A stretch of 63,292 nucleotides of DNA, counting the filler. It is 4 parts of 4 records of this genome, joined end to end, with 100 filler letters (N's around TTAATTAATTAA, not from the genome) between each part and the next. Parts side by side here need not be neighbours in the genome. Positions count along the whole stretch, not along the records: positions 1 to 22,679 come from DRR378314_1242; 3 more parts are not named here. One strand, given 5' to 3'. The notes beneath the pieces are model-generated. The model was not told the DNA's origin. It saw only the letters and a list, made by a program, of their open reading frames with translations, and did no database searches. A program made the translations under genes and the position numbers. Positions 9,938 to 19,529 of this stretch are shown here, piece by piece; position 1 is the first letter of the stretch; each line of letters begins with the position of its first letter.

Positions 9938-12900
9938 CGAACCCGCAACTGGATGAACTGTATCGTCGGCTGGAAACTGTTCGGGCCGCCGACCGGCGGC
10001 GGCTTAAGAAGCGGCTCGATGGGTTGGCGCGCAAGTTCAACGCCAACGCCCTGCCCAAGGTGAGCGCCGCCATCGACGCCTCGGTGGCGGCCCGTGCCCG
10101 GCGTGCCGGGCTGGCGGCGGTGCCGCTGCGCTGGCCGGACCTGCCGGTGGTGCACGACCGCGAGGCACTGGCCGCCGCCATTGAGCGGCACCAGGTGGTG
10201 GTGGTGGCCGGTGAAACCGGCTCCGGCAAGACCACCCAGCTGCCCAAGATCTGTTTGTCCCTGGGGCGCGGCGTGGACGGTTATATCGGCCACACCCAGC
10301 CGCGCCGGCTGGCCGCCCGCTCGGTCACCGCGCGTATCGCCGAGGAGCTCAACAGCCAGGTTGGCGGCCTGGTGGGCTACAAGGTGCGTTTCAGTGAACA
10401 GGTCGGGGAAGACACCCTGGTCAAACTGATGACCGACGGCATGCTGCTCAGCGAAATCCAGCAGGACCGCTACCTCCATCAGTACGACACCCTGATCATC
10501 GACGAGGCCCACGAACGCAGCCTGAATATCGATTTTCTGCTCGGCTATCTGAAGCAGCTGCTGCCGCGCCGCCCGGACCTGAAGATCATCATCACTTCGG
10601 CGACCATCGACCATGAACGCTTTGCCGCCCATTTCAACGGCGCGCCGGTGTTCGAGGTGTCCGGGCGCACCTTCCCGGTGGACATCCACTACCGGCCGCC
10701 GGCGGAAGAGCGCGAGCTGGGCCTGCAGGTGGAGGAGGTGCTGCGCGAAATCGATCAGCAGGAGCGTCGCGACGGGCCGCCAACCGCCCGTGATGTGCTG
10801 GTGTTCCTAAGCGGCGAGCGCGACATCCGCGACGTGCATCATCATTTGAAACGCTGCGATTTCCGCGATACCGAATTGCTGCCGCTGTACGCCCGCCTCA
10901 GTGCCGCGGAGCAGCAGCGGGTGTTTTCCAGCCACCGCGGGCGGCGCGTGGTGTTGAGCACCAACGTGGCGGAAACCTCGCTGACGGTGCCGGGCATCCG
11001 CTATGTGATCGACGCCGGTACCGCCCGCATCAGCCGCTACAGCGTGCACTCCAAGGTGCAGCGTTTGCCGGTGGAGCCGATCGCCCGCGCCAGCGCCGAC
11101 CAGCGCGCCGGGCGCAGCGGCCGCATCATGCCCGGCGTCGCCTATCGGCTCTACGACGAAGACGACTTCAATAACCGGCCGGCGTTCACCGATCCGGAAA
11201 TCCAGCGCACCAATCTGGGCGCGGTGATTCTGCGCATGGCCGACCTGAAGCTGGGCGCGGTGGAGGACTTCCCCTTTATCGAACCGCCGGACGGTCGCCT
11301 GATACGGGACGGCTATCGCCTGCTGGAAGAGCTCGGCGCGCTCGACAAGCAGCGCCGGGTCACCACGCTCGGCCGTCAATTGGCGCGTTTCCCGTTGGAT
11401 CCCACCCTGGCGCGCATGGTGGTGGCCGGCGCCGAGAAAAAAGTGCTGCGCGAAGTGCTGGTGATCGTCGCCGCCCTGGCGGTGCAGGACCCGCGCGAAC
11501 GGCCCCGCGATAAACAACAGCAGGCCGACCAGGCCCATCAGCCTTTCGAGAACAAGGAATCGGATTTTCTGTTTTTCTGGAATCTCTGGCAGTGGGCCGA
11601 GCAGCAGCGCGGCGACCTGGGTCGCAACCCCTATGAAAAGCAGCTGAAAAAGCATTTTCTGGCGCCGTCGCGGATGCGCGAATGGCGGGACACCCACCGG
11701 CAATTACTGTTGCTGGCCCGGGAAGAAGGCTGGTCGCTCAATGACGAAGCGGCGGACTATGAAAGCCTGCACCGGGCGCTGCTCACCGGGTTGCTGGGTA
11801 ATGTCATGACCCGCAACGAAGACGGTGAGTGGCTTTCCACCCGCAACCGCAAGCCGCTGCTTTGGCCGGGCTCATCGCTCAGTAAAGGCGGCGACAAGAA
11901 AGCGAAGCTGCGTTGGCTGGTGGCCGCCGAGCAGGTGGAGACCAGCCGCCTGTTCGCGCGCTGCGTGGCGCGGATTGAACCGCAATGGGTGGAAGCGGAA
12001 GCGGCGCACCTGATCAAGCGCCAGTATTTCGAGCCGCACTGGTCGAAGAAGCGCGGCTGTGTGATGGCCAAGGAACAGATCAATCTGTTCGGGCTGATCC
12101 TCGCTTCCGGGCGGCGCATGCACTACGGCCCGCTGGAGCCGGAGCTGGCCCGCGAGCTGATGATCCGTGAGGGCCTGGTGGCCGGCGAGCTGACCCGTGA
12201 ACCGGAATTCGTCGCCGCCAACCGCGAGCGGCTGCAGCGCCTCGAAGAGATGGAACACAAGTTGCGCCGGCGCGACATCCTGGTGGACGAGGAGACCCGG
12301 TTTCTGTTCTACGACCAGCGCCTGCCGTCCGGGCTGTACACCCTGGCGCATCTGGAAACCTGGTACAAAAAGCAGGCCGACGAGCATGAGCGCCAGGCGC
12401 TGTTCATGGACGACGAATTTCTGCTGTCCCACAGCCCGGACCTGCAGGGTGGCGCCTTTCCCGATGAGCTGGAATGGGACGGTATGCGGTTGCCGCTGGA
12501 ATACAGCTTCGACCCCACCGGCGACCGCGACGGCGTCACGGTGATCGTGCCCGCCGGCGCGCTGCAGCAGTTGCACGCGGAACGGCTCGCCTGGCTGGTG
12601 CCGGGTCTGTTGCGCGAGAAGCTGGAAGCGCTGATTCGTGGTCTTCCCAAGGCCCGCCGCCGTCATTTCGTGCCGGTGCCCGACTATGTGGCGGCGCTGC
12701 AGGAATCGCTGAGCCCGGACCAGCCGCTGCTGCCTGCCATGACCCGCGAGCTGCAGCGCATGACCGGCGTGCGCGTGGAGCAGGAAGAGTGGCGTGAGGA
12801 CCAGCTGCCCGGGCACCTGCGGATGAACGTGCGGGTCACCGACGGGCAGGGCAAGGTGCTCGCCGAGGACCGTGATCTGGCGCGCCTGCAGCAGCGCTTC

Positions 12901-13803
12901 GAGGCCCTGGCCGGGGAGCGCGAGGCGTCACCGGCCCGCGAGGAAGTGGTGAGCGGGCGCACCTGGGTGTTCGGTACGTTACCGGCGTGCCAGGAGAGCG
13001 AGCAGGGCGGGGTGGTGTTCCGCCGCTACCCGGCGCTGCGCGACCGTGGCGAGGACGTGGCGCTGGAACATCACGCCGACGCCGACGACGCGCACTGGTG
13101 GCACGGTATCGGCTGCGCCAGGCTGATGCTGCTGGCACTGAACGAGCAGGTGCGCGGGCTGAAACGGTTCGCCGGCCAGCAACCCGGCTTTCAGAAACTC
13201 AAAGCGGAGAAATCGGCCATGGCGCGCGGCGCCCTGGATCAGGCGTTGCTGCGGGCCACGGTGTCCCATTTCCATCTGCACGACCAGCCGCTGCGCGACG
13301 AGGCCGCCTTCCGTGAGCGGTTGGACCAGGGGCGCGGCGAGTTCGTGCCGGCGGTGGAGCAGGCTCTTCGCACCTGGGGCGAGTTGTTCGCCGCCTACCG
13401 CCGCGTGATGCAACGCCTGGAAAAGAATTTCCCGCTCGCCTGGGCGCACGCCCACCGCGATCTGAAACAGCAGCTCGCCGATCTGTTCAGTGATGATTTC
13501 CTGCTCACCGTGCCCAAGGAATGGCTGGATCAATACCCGCGCTACCTGGCGGCGGTGGAGCAGCGTCTTGAAAAGCTGGGCGGGCAGATCGGCCGGGACC
13601 GGGCGGTGGTCGCCGAGCTGGAGGAGTTCCGCGAGCGCTATCACCGGCGCGCCAAGGACACGCCGCCGTGGCGGCAGAGCGAGGCGCTGCGTCTGTACCG
13701 CTGGATGATGGAGGAATACCGCGTCAGCCTGTTCGCGCAGCCGCTGGGGACCCGGGTGCCGGTCTCCGCCAAGCGCCTCAACCGCCAGTGGGAGGCCTGC
13801 TGA
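9934..13803 (+). CDS. hrpA: ATP-dependent RNA helicase HrpA
   Basis: GETGSGKT, TQPRR, DEAH, SAT, QRAGRSGR, C-terminal EEYRVSLFAQ; ATG overlaps the M61 stop (ATGA). Confidence 0.95.
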   Translation: MTNPQLDELYRRLETVRAADRRRLKKRLDGLARKFNANALPKVSAAIDASVAARARRAGLAAVPLRWPDLPVVHDREALAAAIERHQVVVVAGETGSGKTTQLPKICLSLGRGVDGYIGHTQPRRLAARSVTARIAEELNSQVGGLVGYKVRFSEQVGEDTLVKLMTDGMLLSEIQQDRYLHQYDTLIIDEAHERSLNIDFLLGYLKQLLPRRPDLKIIITSATIDHERFAAHFNGAPVFEVSGRTFPVDIHYRPPAEERELGLQVEEVLREIDQQERRDGPPTARDVLVFLSGERDIRDVHHHLKRCDFRDTELLPLYARLSAAEQQRVFSSHRGRRVVLSTNVAETSLTVPGIRYVIDAGTARISRYSVHSKVQRLPVEPIARASADQRAGRSGRIMPGVAYRLYDEDDFNNRPAFTDPEIQRTNLGAVILRMADLKLGAVEDFPFIEPPDGRLIRDGYRLLEELGALDKQRRVTTLGRQLARFPLDPTLARMVVAGAEKKVLREVLVIVAALAVQDPRERPRDKQQQADQAHQPFENKESDFLFFWNLWQWAEQQRGDLGRNPYEKQLKKHFLAPSRMREWRDTHRQLLLLAREEGWSLNDEAADYESLHRALLTGLLGNVMTRNEDGEWLSTRNRKPLLWPGSSLSKGGDKKAKLRWLVAAEQVETSRLFARCVARIEPQWVEAEAAHLIKRQYFEPHWSKKRGCVMAKEQINLFGLILASGRRMHYGPLEPELARELMIREGLVAGELTREPEFVAANRERLQRLEEMEHKLRRRDILVDEETRFLFYDQRLPSGLYTLAHLETWYKKQADEHERQALFMDDEFLLSHSPDLQGGAFPDELEWDGMRLPLEYSFDPTGDRDGVTVIVPAGALQQLHAERLAWLVPGLLREKLEALIRGLPKARRRHFVPVPDYVAALQESLSPDQPLLPAMTRELQRMTGVRVEQEEWREDQLPGHLRMNVRVTDGQGKVLAEDRDLARLQQRFEALAGEREASPAREEVVSGRTWVFGTLPACQESEQGGVVFRRYPALRDRGEDVALEHHADADDAHWWHGIGCARLMLLALNEQVRGLKRFAGQQPGFQKLKAEKSAMARGALDQALLRATVSHFHLHDQPLRDEAAFRERLDQGRGEFVPAVEQALRTWGELFAAYRRVMQRLEKNFPLAWAHAHRDLKQQLADLFSDDFLLTVPKEWLDQYPRYLAAVEQRLEKLGGQIGRDRAVVAELEEFRERYHRRAKDTPPWRQSEALRLYRWMMEEYRVSLFAQPLGTRVPVSAKRLNRQWEAC

Positions 13804-13969
13804 AACCGGCCTGAGCCGGCGTCAAGAGCCGGCGAGACGGCGAAATACCATTCCGGCTTTGCGCCGGCCCGGTCATATCCGGATAATTGACCCATTTATG
13901 GAACCCGCCCCGAGGTTCCCGACTGTCGCGGCGCTCCCCGGAGTGCCCTTTTTGCGCGAGGACAGGCTT

Positions 13970-15100
13970 GTGACCCATTCCGTCGTTATCAGCGGTACCG
14001 GACTCTGGACCCCCGAACAATCCATCACCAATGAAGAGTTGGTGGCCTCCTTCAACGAATACGTGGCCCGCCACAACGAACGCCATGCCGACGCCATCGA
14101 AGCGGGCGAGATGGAGCCGCTGACCGGTTCCAACTCCGCGTTTATCGAGAAAGCCTCCGGCATCAAGCAGCGTTACGTGCTGGACAAGGAAGGCATTCTC
14201 GACCCGGACCGGCTGGCGCCGAATATTCCCGAGCGAAGCGACGACGAGCTGTCGGTGCAGGCGGAGATCGCCGTGCTGGCCGCCCGCCGGGCGCTCGACA
14301 ACGCCGGCCTTAAGCCGGACGACCTGGACGCGGTGCTGGTGGCCTGTTCCAACATGCAGCGCGCCTATCCGGCCATGGCGGTGGAAGTGCAGCAGGCGCT
14401 GGGCATGGAGCACGGCTGGGGCTACGACATGAACGTGGCCTGTTCCAGCGCCACCTTCGGCATCCAGACCGGCGTCGACGCCATTCGCAACGGTTCCGCG
14501 CGCCGCGTGCTGATGGTCAATCCGGAAATCTGTTCCGGGCACCTGGCCTGGGAAGACCGGGACTGCCACTTCATTTTCGGTGACGTGAGCACTGCGGTGA
14601 TCCTGGAGCGGGCCGAGGACGCCACCAGTGACAATCAGTGGGAGGTGCTGGGCACCCGCCTGCAGACCCGTTTCTCCAACAACATCCGCAATAACTTCGG
14701 CTTCCTCAACCGCGCCGACCCCTCCGGTGTGGGCAGCCGCGACAAGCTGTTCCGTCAGGAAGGCCGCAAGGTGTTCAAGGAAGTGTGCCCGATGGTGGCG
14801 GAGCAGATCACCGGCCATCTGGCCGATTTGTCCGTGCCGGTGGAAGACGTGCGCCGCATGTGGCTGCACCAGGCCAACCTGAACATGAACGAATTCATCG
14901 CCCGCCGGGTGCTGGGCCGCGACCCCAGCCGCGACGAGGCGCCGGTGATCCTGGATGATTACGCCAACACCAGCTCCGCCGGTTCGATCATCGCTTTCCA
15001 CAAGCACAACAGTGATTTGCCGGCGGGCACCAAAGGGGTGATCTGCTCCTTCGGCGCCGGCTATTCGATCGGCAGCGTGATCGTGAACCGGGTGCGCTGA
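13970..15100 (+). CDS. Beta-ketoacyl-ACP synthase III (PA3286-like KAS III)
   Basis: DMNVACSS, WLHQAN, YANTSSA, FGAGYS; GAGG RBS then GTG. Confidence 0.88.
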   Translation: MTHSVVISGTGLWTPEQSITNEELVASFNEYVARHNERHADAIEAGEMEPLTGSNSAFIEKASGIKQRYVLDKEGILDPDRLAPNIPERSDDELSVQAEIAVLAARRALDNAGLKPDDLDAVLVACSNMQRAYPAMAVEVQQALGMEHGWGYDMNVACSSATFGIQTGVDAIRNGSARRVLMVNPEICSGHLAWEDRDCHFIFGDVSTAVILERAEDATSDNQWEVLGTRLQTRFSNNIRNNFGFLNRADPSGVGSRDKLFRQEGRKVFKEVCPMVAEQITGHLADLSVPVEDVRRMWLHQANLNMNEFIARRVLGRDPSRDEAPVILDDYANTSSAGSIIAFHKHNSDLPAGTKGVICSFGAGYSIGSVIVNRVR

Positions 15101-15128
15101 GCGCGCCGCTTTCACGCCAGCGTCACGG

Positions 15129-15159
15129 CGGCCGCGGGGTAAAGTCCGCGGCCGTTTTT
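15129..15159 (+). terminator. Rho-independent terminator after KAS III
   Basis: CGGCCGCGG-N8-CCGCGGCCG followed by T5. Confidence 0.7.
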
Positions 15160-15286
15160 GTTTGTTTTGCGGCCTACACGTAACGTTTACTTGATTCGTG
15201 CATCCATATAGTGTCGAAGCCACGGAAAGGACGCTTTTCTGTCGGTTTCACATACAGAATTACACGATCCATATTGGAGAACGATC

Positions 15287-15544
15287 ATGGCTAAACTGAG
15301 CAAAATGAATCCCCTGGCCGCCACCCTCGGCGCCGCCTTCGTGGCTTCCGCAATGTCCATTCCGGCGCACGCGGCCGAGAATCCGTTCGGTGCCACCGAT
15401 CTGCAAAGCGGTTACCAACTGGCCGGTGACCACGCCAAGGACGGAGAAGGCAAGTGTGGTGAAGGCAAGTGCGGCGACAAGAAAGGCGAAGGCAGCTGCG
15501 GCGGCGACAAAAAGAGTGAAGGCAGCTGCGGTGGTGCCGCCTGA
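15287..15544 (+). CDS. hvfA: HvfA/bufferin-type RiPP precursor (signal peptide, EGKCG and EGSCG repeats)
   Basis: GGAG RBS, Sec signal ending AHA, ENPF...GYQLA segment, four Cys in EGKCG, EGKCG, EGSCG, EGSCG; directly upstream of a DUF692 gene. Confidence 0.85.
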   Translation: MAKLSKMNPLAATLGAAFVASAMSIPAHAAENPFGATDLQSGYQLAGDHAKDGEGKCGEGKCGDKKGEGSCGGDKKSEGSCGGAA

Positions 15545-15562
15545 ACCCAGGAGTCGTAATCT

Positions 15563-16414
15563 ATGACGACTTTCCCCGTGACCGGTACCGGTCTGGGGTT
15601 GCGGCGGGCCCTGATGGGCCCGCTGTCCCAACCGGGCACCATACCGGTGGATTTTCTCGAAGTGGCGCCGGAAAACTGGATTCCCATGGGCGGCAAGCTG
15701 GCCCGTGAGTTTCGTGGTTTCACCGAGCGGTACGCCTTTGTCAGCCACGGTCTCAGCCTGTCCCTGGGCGGACCGGAACCTCTTGATTTCGAATTGCTGG
15801 GGAACATCAAACAGTTTCTCGGCGAGCACCGGATCCGCTGCTACACGGAGCACCTCAGCTACTGCAGCGATCACGGCCATCTTTACGACTTGATGCCGAT
15901 CCCGTTCACCGAGGAAGCGGTGCACTATGTGGCGGACCGCATCCGCCGGGTGCAGGACTTTCTCGGCCAGCGCATCGGTATTGAACACGTCAGCTATTAC
16001 GCCACGCCGGAGGTGACCGAAAGCCGCCCGCTGGGCGAGCTGGAATTCGTCAACGCGGTACTGGAAGAGGCGGATTGCGGCCTGTTGCTGGACGTGAACA
16101 ACGCCTACGTCAACGGTATCAACCACGGCTACGACGCCGCCGACTTTATTCGCGGCCTGCCCGGCGAGCGTATTTTCTATGTGCACATCGCCGGCCATTT
16201 CGACGAAGCCGAGGACCTCAAGGTGGACACCCACGGCAGCGAAGTGATCGACCCGGTGTGGCGGTTGCTGGACGTCGCCTACGACCAGTTCGGCGTGTTG
16301 CCCACGCTGTTGGAGCGGGACTTTAATTTTCCGCCGGTGGAGGAACTAAACCGCGAGCTGGATCGCATCGGCGAGGCCCAGCAGCGCCGCGCCGCGATCA
16401 GCCGGAGGGCCTGA
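15563..16414 (+). CDS. hvfB: Multinuclear non-heme iron oxidase (DUF692/MNIO), HvfB/BufB-like
   Basis: GLGLRR, EVAPENW, HGLSLS, EHLSYC, LLLDVNN, HIAGH, DTHG, LLERD motifs. Confidence 0.9.
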   Translation: MTTFPVTGTGLGLRRALMGPLSQPGTIPVDFLEVAPENWIPMGGKLAREFRGFTERYAFVSHGLSLSLGGPEPLDFELLGNIKQFLGEHRIRCYTEHLSYCSDHGHLYDLMPIPFTEEAVHYVADRIRRVQDFLGQRIGIEHVSYYATPEVTESRPLGELEFVNAVLEEADCGLLLDVNNAYVNGINHGYDAADFIRGLPGERIFYVHIAGHFDEAEDLKVDTHGSEVIDPVWRLLDVAYDQFGVLPTLLERDFNFPPVEELNRELDRIGEAQQRRAAISRRA

Positions 16415-17190
16415 TGAGCGAGCCGGAATTCCAGCGCCTGCAGCGTTCGTTCGCGGCGCACCTGCGCAATCCGCAACGCCATCCGGCGCCGTCCGGCATC
16501 GAGGAGCGGCGTCTGGCGGTCTACCGCCAGTTGTTCTTCAACAATCTCAACGGGTTTCTGGAAAAGGGCTTTCCGGTTCTGCGCAGCCTCTACGACGACG
16601 CCGGCTGGCGGCGTCTGGTGCGCGGCTTCTTTGATCAGCACGCCTGCACGTCGCCGTACTTTCTGGAAATTCCGGAAGAGTTCGTTACCTTTCTTGCCGA
16701 GACCTATCAACCGGGGGAGGGCGATCCGCCTTTTCTCGCCGAGCTGGCGCACTACGAGTGGATTGAGCTGGTGCTGGACACCGCCACCGACACGGTGCCG
16801 GAGCAGGGTGTGCAGCCCGGCGGTGATCTGCTGCGGGGGGTGCCCTATCTGAACCCGCTGCATTGCGTGCTCAACTACCGTTGGCCGGTGCATCAAATCG
16901 GCCCGGAGCACCGCCCGGAGACGCCGCCGGAGCAGCCGGTGTGGCTGCTGGTGTACCGCAATGCGGAGGACCGGGTGGCGTTCATGGAAATCAACGCGGT
17001 CACCGCGCGGCTGCTGGCATTGATGCAGGAGCAGCCGCTCAGCAGCGGCGAACAACTGCTGCAAACGCTGGGCGATGAAATGGGTTTCCAGGACCGCGTC
17101 GCGCTGTTGAGCTTCGGCGCGGATCTGCTGCAGCGGCTTCGCGACCGCGAACTGATTCTGGGCGCCCGCCTGCAACCCACTCCGGCCTGA
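16414..17190 (+). CDS. hvfC: DUF2063 MNIO partner protein, HvfC/BufC-like
   Basis: F.AHLRNP, RLAVYR.LFFNN, ELAHYEW.EL motifs; overlaps the MNIO stop. Confidence 0.85.
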   Translation: MSEPEFQRLQRSFAAHLRNPQRHPAPSGIEERRLAVYRQLFFNNLNGFLEKGFPVLRSLYDDAGWRRLVRGFFDQHACTSPYFLEIPEEFVTFLAETYQPGEGDPPFLAELAHYEWIELVLDTATDTVPEQGVQPGGDLLRGVPYLNPLHCVLNYRWPVHQIGPEHRPETPPEQPVWLLVYRNAEDRVAFMEINAVTARLLALMQEQPLSSGEQLLQTLGDEMGFQDRVALLSFGADLLQRLRDRELILGARLQPTPA

Positions 17191-17262
17191 GAGCGGCAAG
17201 GTTGCTCTTTGCATGGCAGGCACCGCTATAATGCGCGGGCCATCACTGATTAGGGAGCTACT

Positions 17263-18087
17263 GTGCGCATATGGATTGCGGCGCTTGTCTCGGCGCCATT
17301 GATTGCCTTATCCCAACCGGTATTCGCCCAGCCGGTACCGGAAACCGCCGGCGAGACCCGCGAAGCCGCGATCCAGTCCGGCGACGACTGGGGCAGCGCC
17401 TCGACGCCGTTCGACCAGGCCGGCGGCGCCGGTCGCTTCGCCGAGATGGATCCCTGGCAGGGTTTCAACCGCAAGATTTTCGGCTTTAACGAATTCGTCG
17501 ACCGCTACGCGCTGAAGCCGGCCGCCAAGGGCTATCGCTGGGTGACACCGGAGTGGCTCGATAACACCGTGACCCGTTTCTTCAGCAATCTGGGCGATAT
17601 CGGTGACGGCCTCAACTATATTTTCCAGTGGCGCTGGGGTGAGGCCGGCAACAGCCTGGGGCGTTTCGGCATCAATACCACTCTGGGGGTGGCCGGCCTG
17701 TTCGACGTGGCCAGCGACGTGGACCTGCGCAACACCGACACCAGCCTGGACGTGACCCTGGGCCGCTGGGGCGTGCCCCGCGGGCCCTATCTGGTGGTGC
17801 CGATTCTGGGGCCGTCGTCGGTGCGTGACGCCACCACCATCTATCCAAGCAGTTATCTGTGGCCGGTGAGCTATCTGGAGGACGATCTGGCGCGCTACTC
17901 GCTGGCGGCTTTGTACGGCGTCGATCTGCGGGCCGATCTGCTGGACCTGGAGCGCAATATCGTCGGCGACCGCTATACCTTCATCCGCAACGCCTATCTG
18001 CAGCGCCGTCTGATGCAGGAAGGCAAGGACGAAGAGCCGGCCCTGCCGGACGAAGACCCGGAGCTGGAAAGCGACGACGGCTGGTAA
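17263..18087 (+). CDS. mlaA: MlaA/VacJ family protein
   Basis: DPWQGFNR, RFGINTTLG, TLG.WGV..GPYLVVPILGPS, D.YTFIRNAYLQRR. Confidence 0.88.
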   Translation: MRIWIAALVSAPLIALSQPVFAQPVPETAGETREAAIQSGDDWGSASTPFDQAGGAGRFAEMDPWQGFNRKIFGFNEFVDRYALKPAAKGYRWVTPEWLDNTVTRFFSNLGDIGDGLNYIFQWRWGEAGNSLGRFGINTTLGVAGLFDVASDVDLRNTDTSLDVTLGRWGVPRGPYLVVPILGPSSVRDATTIYPSSYLWPVSYLEDDLARYSLAALYGVDLRADLLDLERNIVGDRYTFIRNAYLQRRLMQEGKDEEPALPDEDPELESDDGW

Positions 18088-18117
18088 AGCGCGGGGTAGC
18101 CGGGCGCGGGCCCGGCG

Positions 18118-18561
18118 CTATTCTCCCAGGGCGGCCAGTTTGGCGCGGATAAAGTCGCCGTGGGACACGTACAACAGCTCCGACACCCGCCGGATCAGCT
18201 GCTCTTCGTGGCTGTCGGCGTCGCCGTCGGCGGCGGCGATCGCCCACATATCGTAAATCAGCTGTACCCGCGTTTCCGGATCCCAGCGTTGCCGCAGAGG
18301 GATGGTGAACTCGAACAGGTCGGTGGCGTTTTCCAGTCTTTGATCCAGCTCGGCGACGATTTCCTCCATCTCTTCCGCTTCCAGATGCCAGCGCTCGCGC
18401 ACCGCCTTGACCAGCAGGCGCTGCTCGCGCTGATCCACTTCGCCGTCGGTGCGCGCCACTTCCATGAGCAGCGCGGCGGCGGCGCGGTGCAGGTCGTGGT
18501 CGCTTTCTTCGCGGGTCTGGGCGGGTGAGTCGGATTCAAACAAACGGGCAAGCCATTTCAC
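18118..18561 (-). CDS. TerB family protein
   Basis: AAALLMEVARTDG and WAIAAADG...EE.LIRRV.ELL motifs. Confidence 0.8.
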   Translation of the reverse strand: MKWLARLFESDSPAQTREESDHDLHRAAAALLMEVARTDGEVDQREQRLLVKAVRERWHLEAEEMEEIVAELDQRLENATDLFEFTIPLRQRWDPETRVQLIYDMWAIAAADGDADSHEEQLIRRVSELLYVSHGDFIRAKLAALGE

Positions 18562-19529
18562 GCTGCGATGTCCTCCGCGGTCAGTAATGATTCCAGGGCG
18601 CGTTGATCGGCGGCAAAACGGCGAATGCCGTCGCTGAGCAGATCGCAGGCCATGGGGTTGTCATTCAATGACCAGCGGAAACGGGCTTCGTTCAGTGCCC
18701 GGGCGGGAAGCGCGCCGTCCGGTTCCGCCGGGACCACCGTGTCCGGGTCCAGGCAGCGCGACAGGGCGCCGTCGTCTTCGGCCAGCTCGCCGAGCAACGC
18801 CGGGCTGATGGTGAGCCGGTCGCAGCCGGCCAGCGCCTCGATCTGAGCGGCGTTGCGGAAGCTGGCGCCCATTACGATGGTGTCCAGCCCGCGCCCCTTG
18901 AGCAGATGGAAAATCTCGCGCACCGACTGCACGCCCGGATCCTGATTGATATCGCTGATTTCCAGCCCGCGTTTGACGTGCCAGTCCTGAATCCGGCCCA
19001 CGAACGGCGAGATCAGCGTGGCGCCGGCTTCGGCGGCGGCCAGCGCCTGCTCGGCACTGAACACCAGGGTGAGGTTGCAGCGCACGCCTTCTTCCTCAAG
19101 GATGCGCGCCGCCTGGATGCCCTCCCAGGTGGCCGCGGCCTTGATCAGAACGCGTTCCGCCGGCACCTCCAGTTCCCGGTACAGCGCCATCAGGCGGCGC
19201 GCCTTGGCGACCGTGGCGGCGGTGTCGAACGACAGCCGCGCGTCCACCTCGGTGGACACCAGGCCCGGGATATGGCTCAGCACCGCCTGGCCGGCCACGC
19301 AGGCGAAGGCGTCGGTGCACCAGGTCAGGTCGCCTTCGTGGCCCAGTTCCCGGGCCAGCTCGCGGGCCTGGTCGAGCAGGTGCCGGTAGCGTTCGTCCCG
19401 TGCGGCGGCCAGCAGCAGGGACGGGTTGGTGGTGGCATCGTGGGGCCGCAGCTCAGCGATGCGTTCCAGATCGCCGGTGTCGGCGACCACGGTGGTCCAT
19501 TGTTCGAGTTGTTGGCGTTTGCTGATCAT
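18558..19529 (-). CDS. tal: Transaldolase
   Basis: VVADTGD, DATTNPSL, STEVDARLSFD, VLIK, ISPFVGRI, MGASFR. Confidence 0.95.
   Translation of the reverse strand: MISKRQQLEQWTTVVADTGDLERIAELRPHDATTNPSLLLAAARDERYRHLLDQARELARELGHEGDLTWCTDAFACVAGQAVLSHIPGLVSTEVDARLSFDTAATVAKARRLMALYRELEVPAERVLIKAAATWEGIQAARILEEEGVRCNLTLVFSAEQALAAAEAGATLISPFVGRIQDWHVKRGLEISDINQDPGVQSVREIFHLLKGRGLDTIVMGASFRNAAQIEALAGCDRLTISPALLGELAEDDGALSRCLDPDTVVPAEPDGALPARALNEARFRWSLNDNPMACDLLSDGIRRFAADQRALESLLTAEDIAA

Noticed and set aside
15178-15220. GTAAC motif upstream of hvfA as a SigF-type ECF promoter
   Set aside because: No matching CGAA/CGT -10 at the expected spacing
8081-15223. Long antisense ORFs (8081-9796, 13778-15223 and similar)
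   Set aside because: Typical stop-poor antisense frames of high-GC genes with no recognisable motifs
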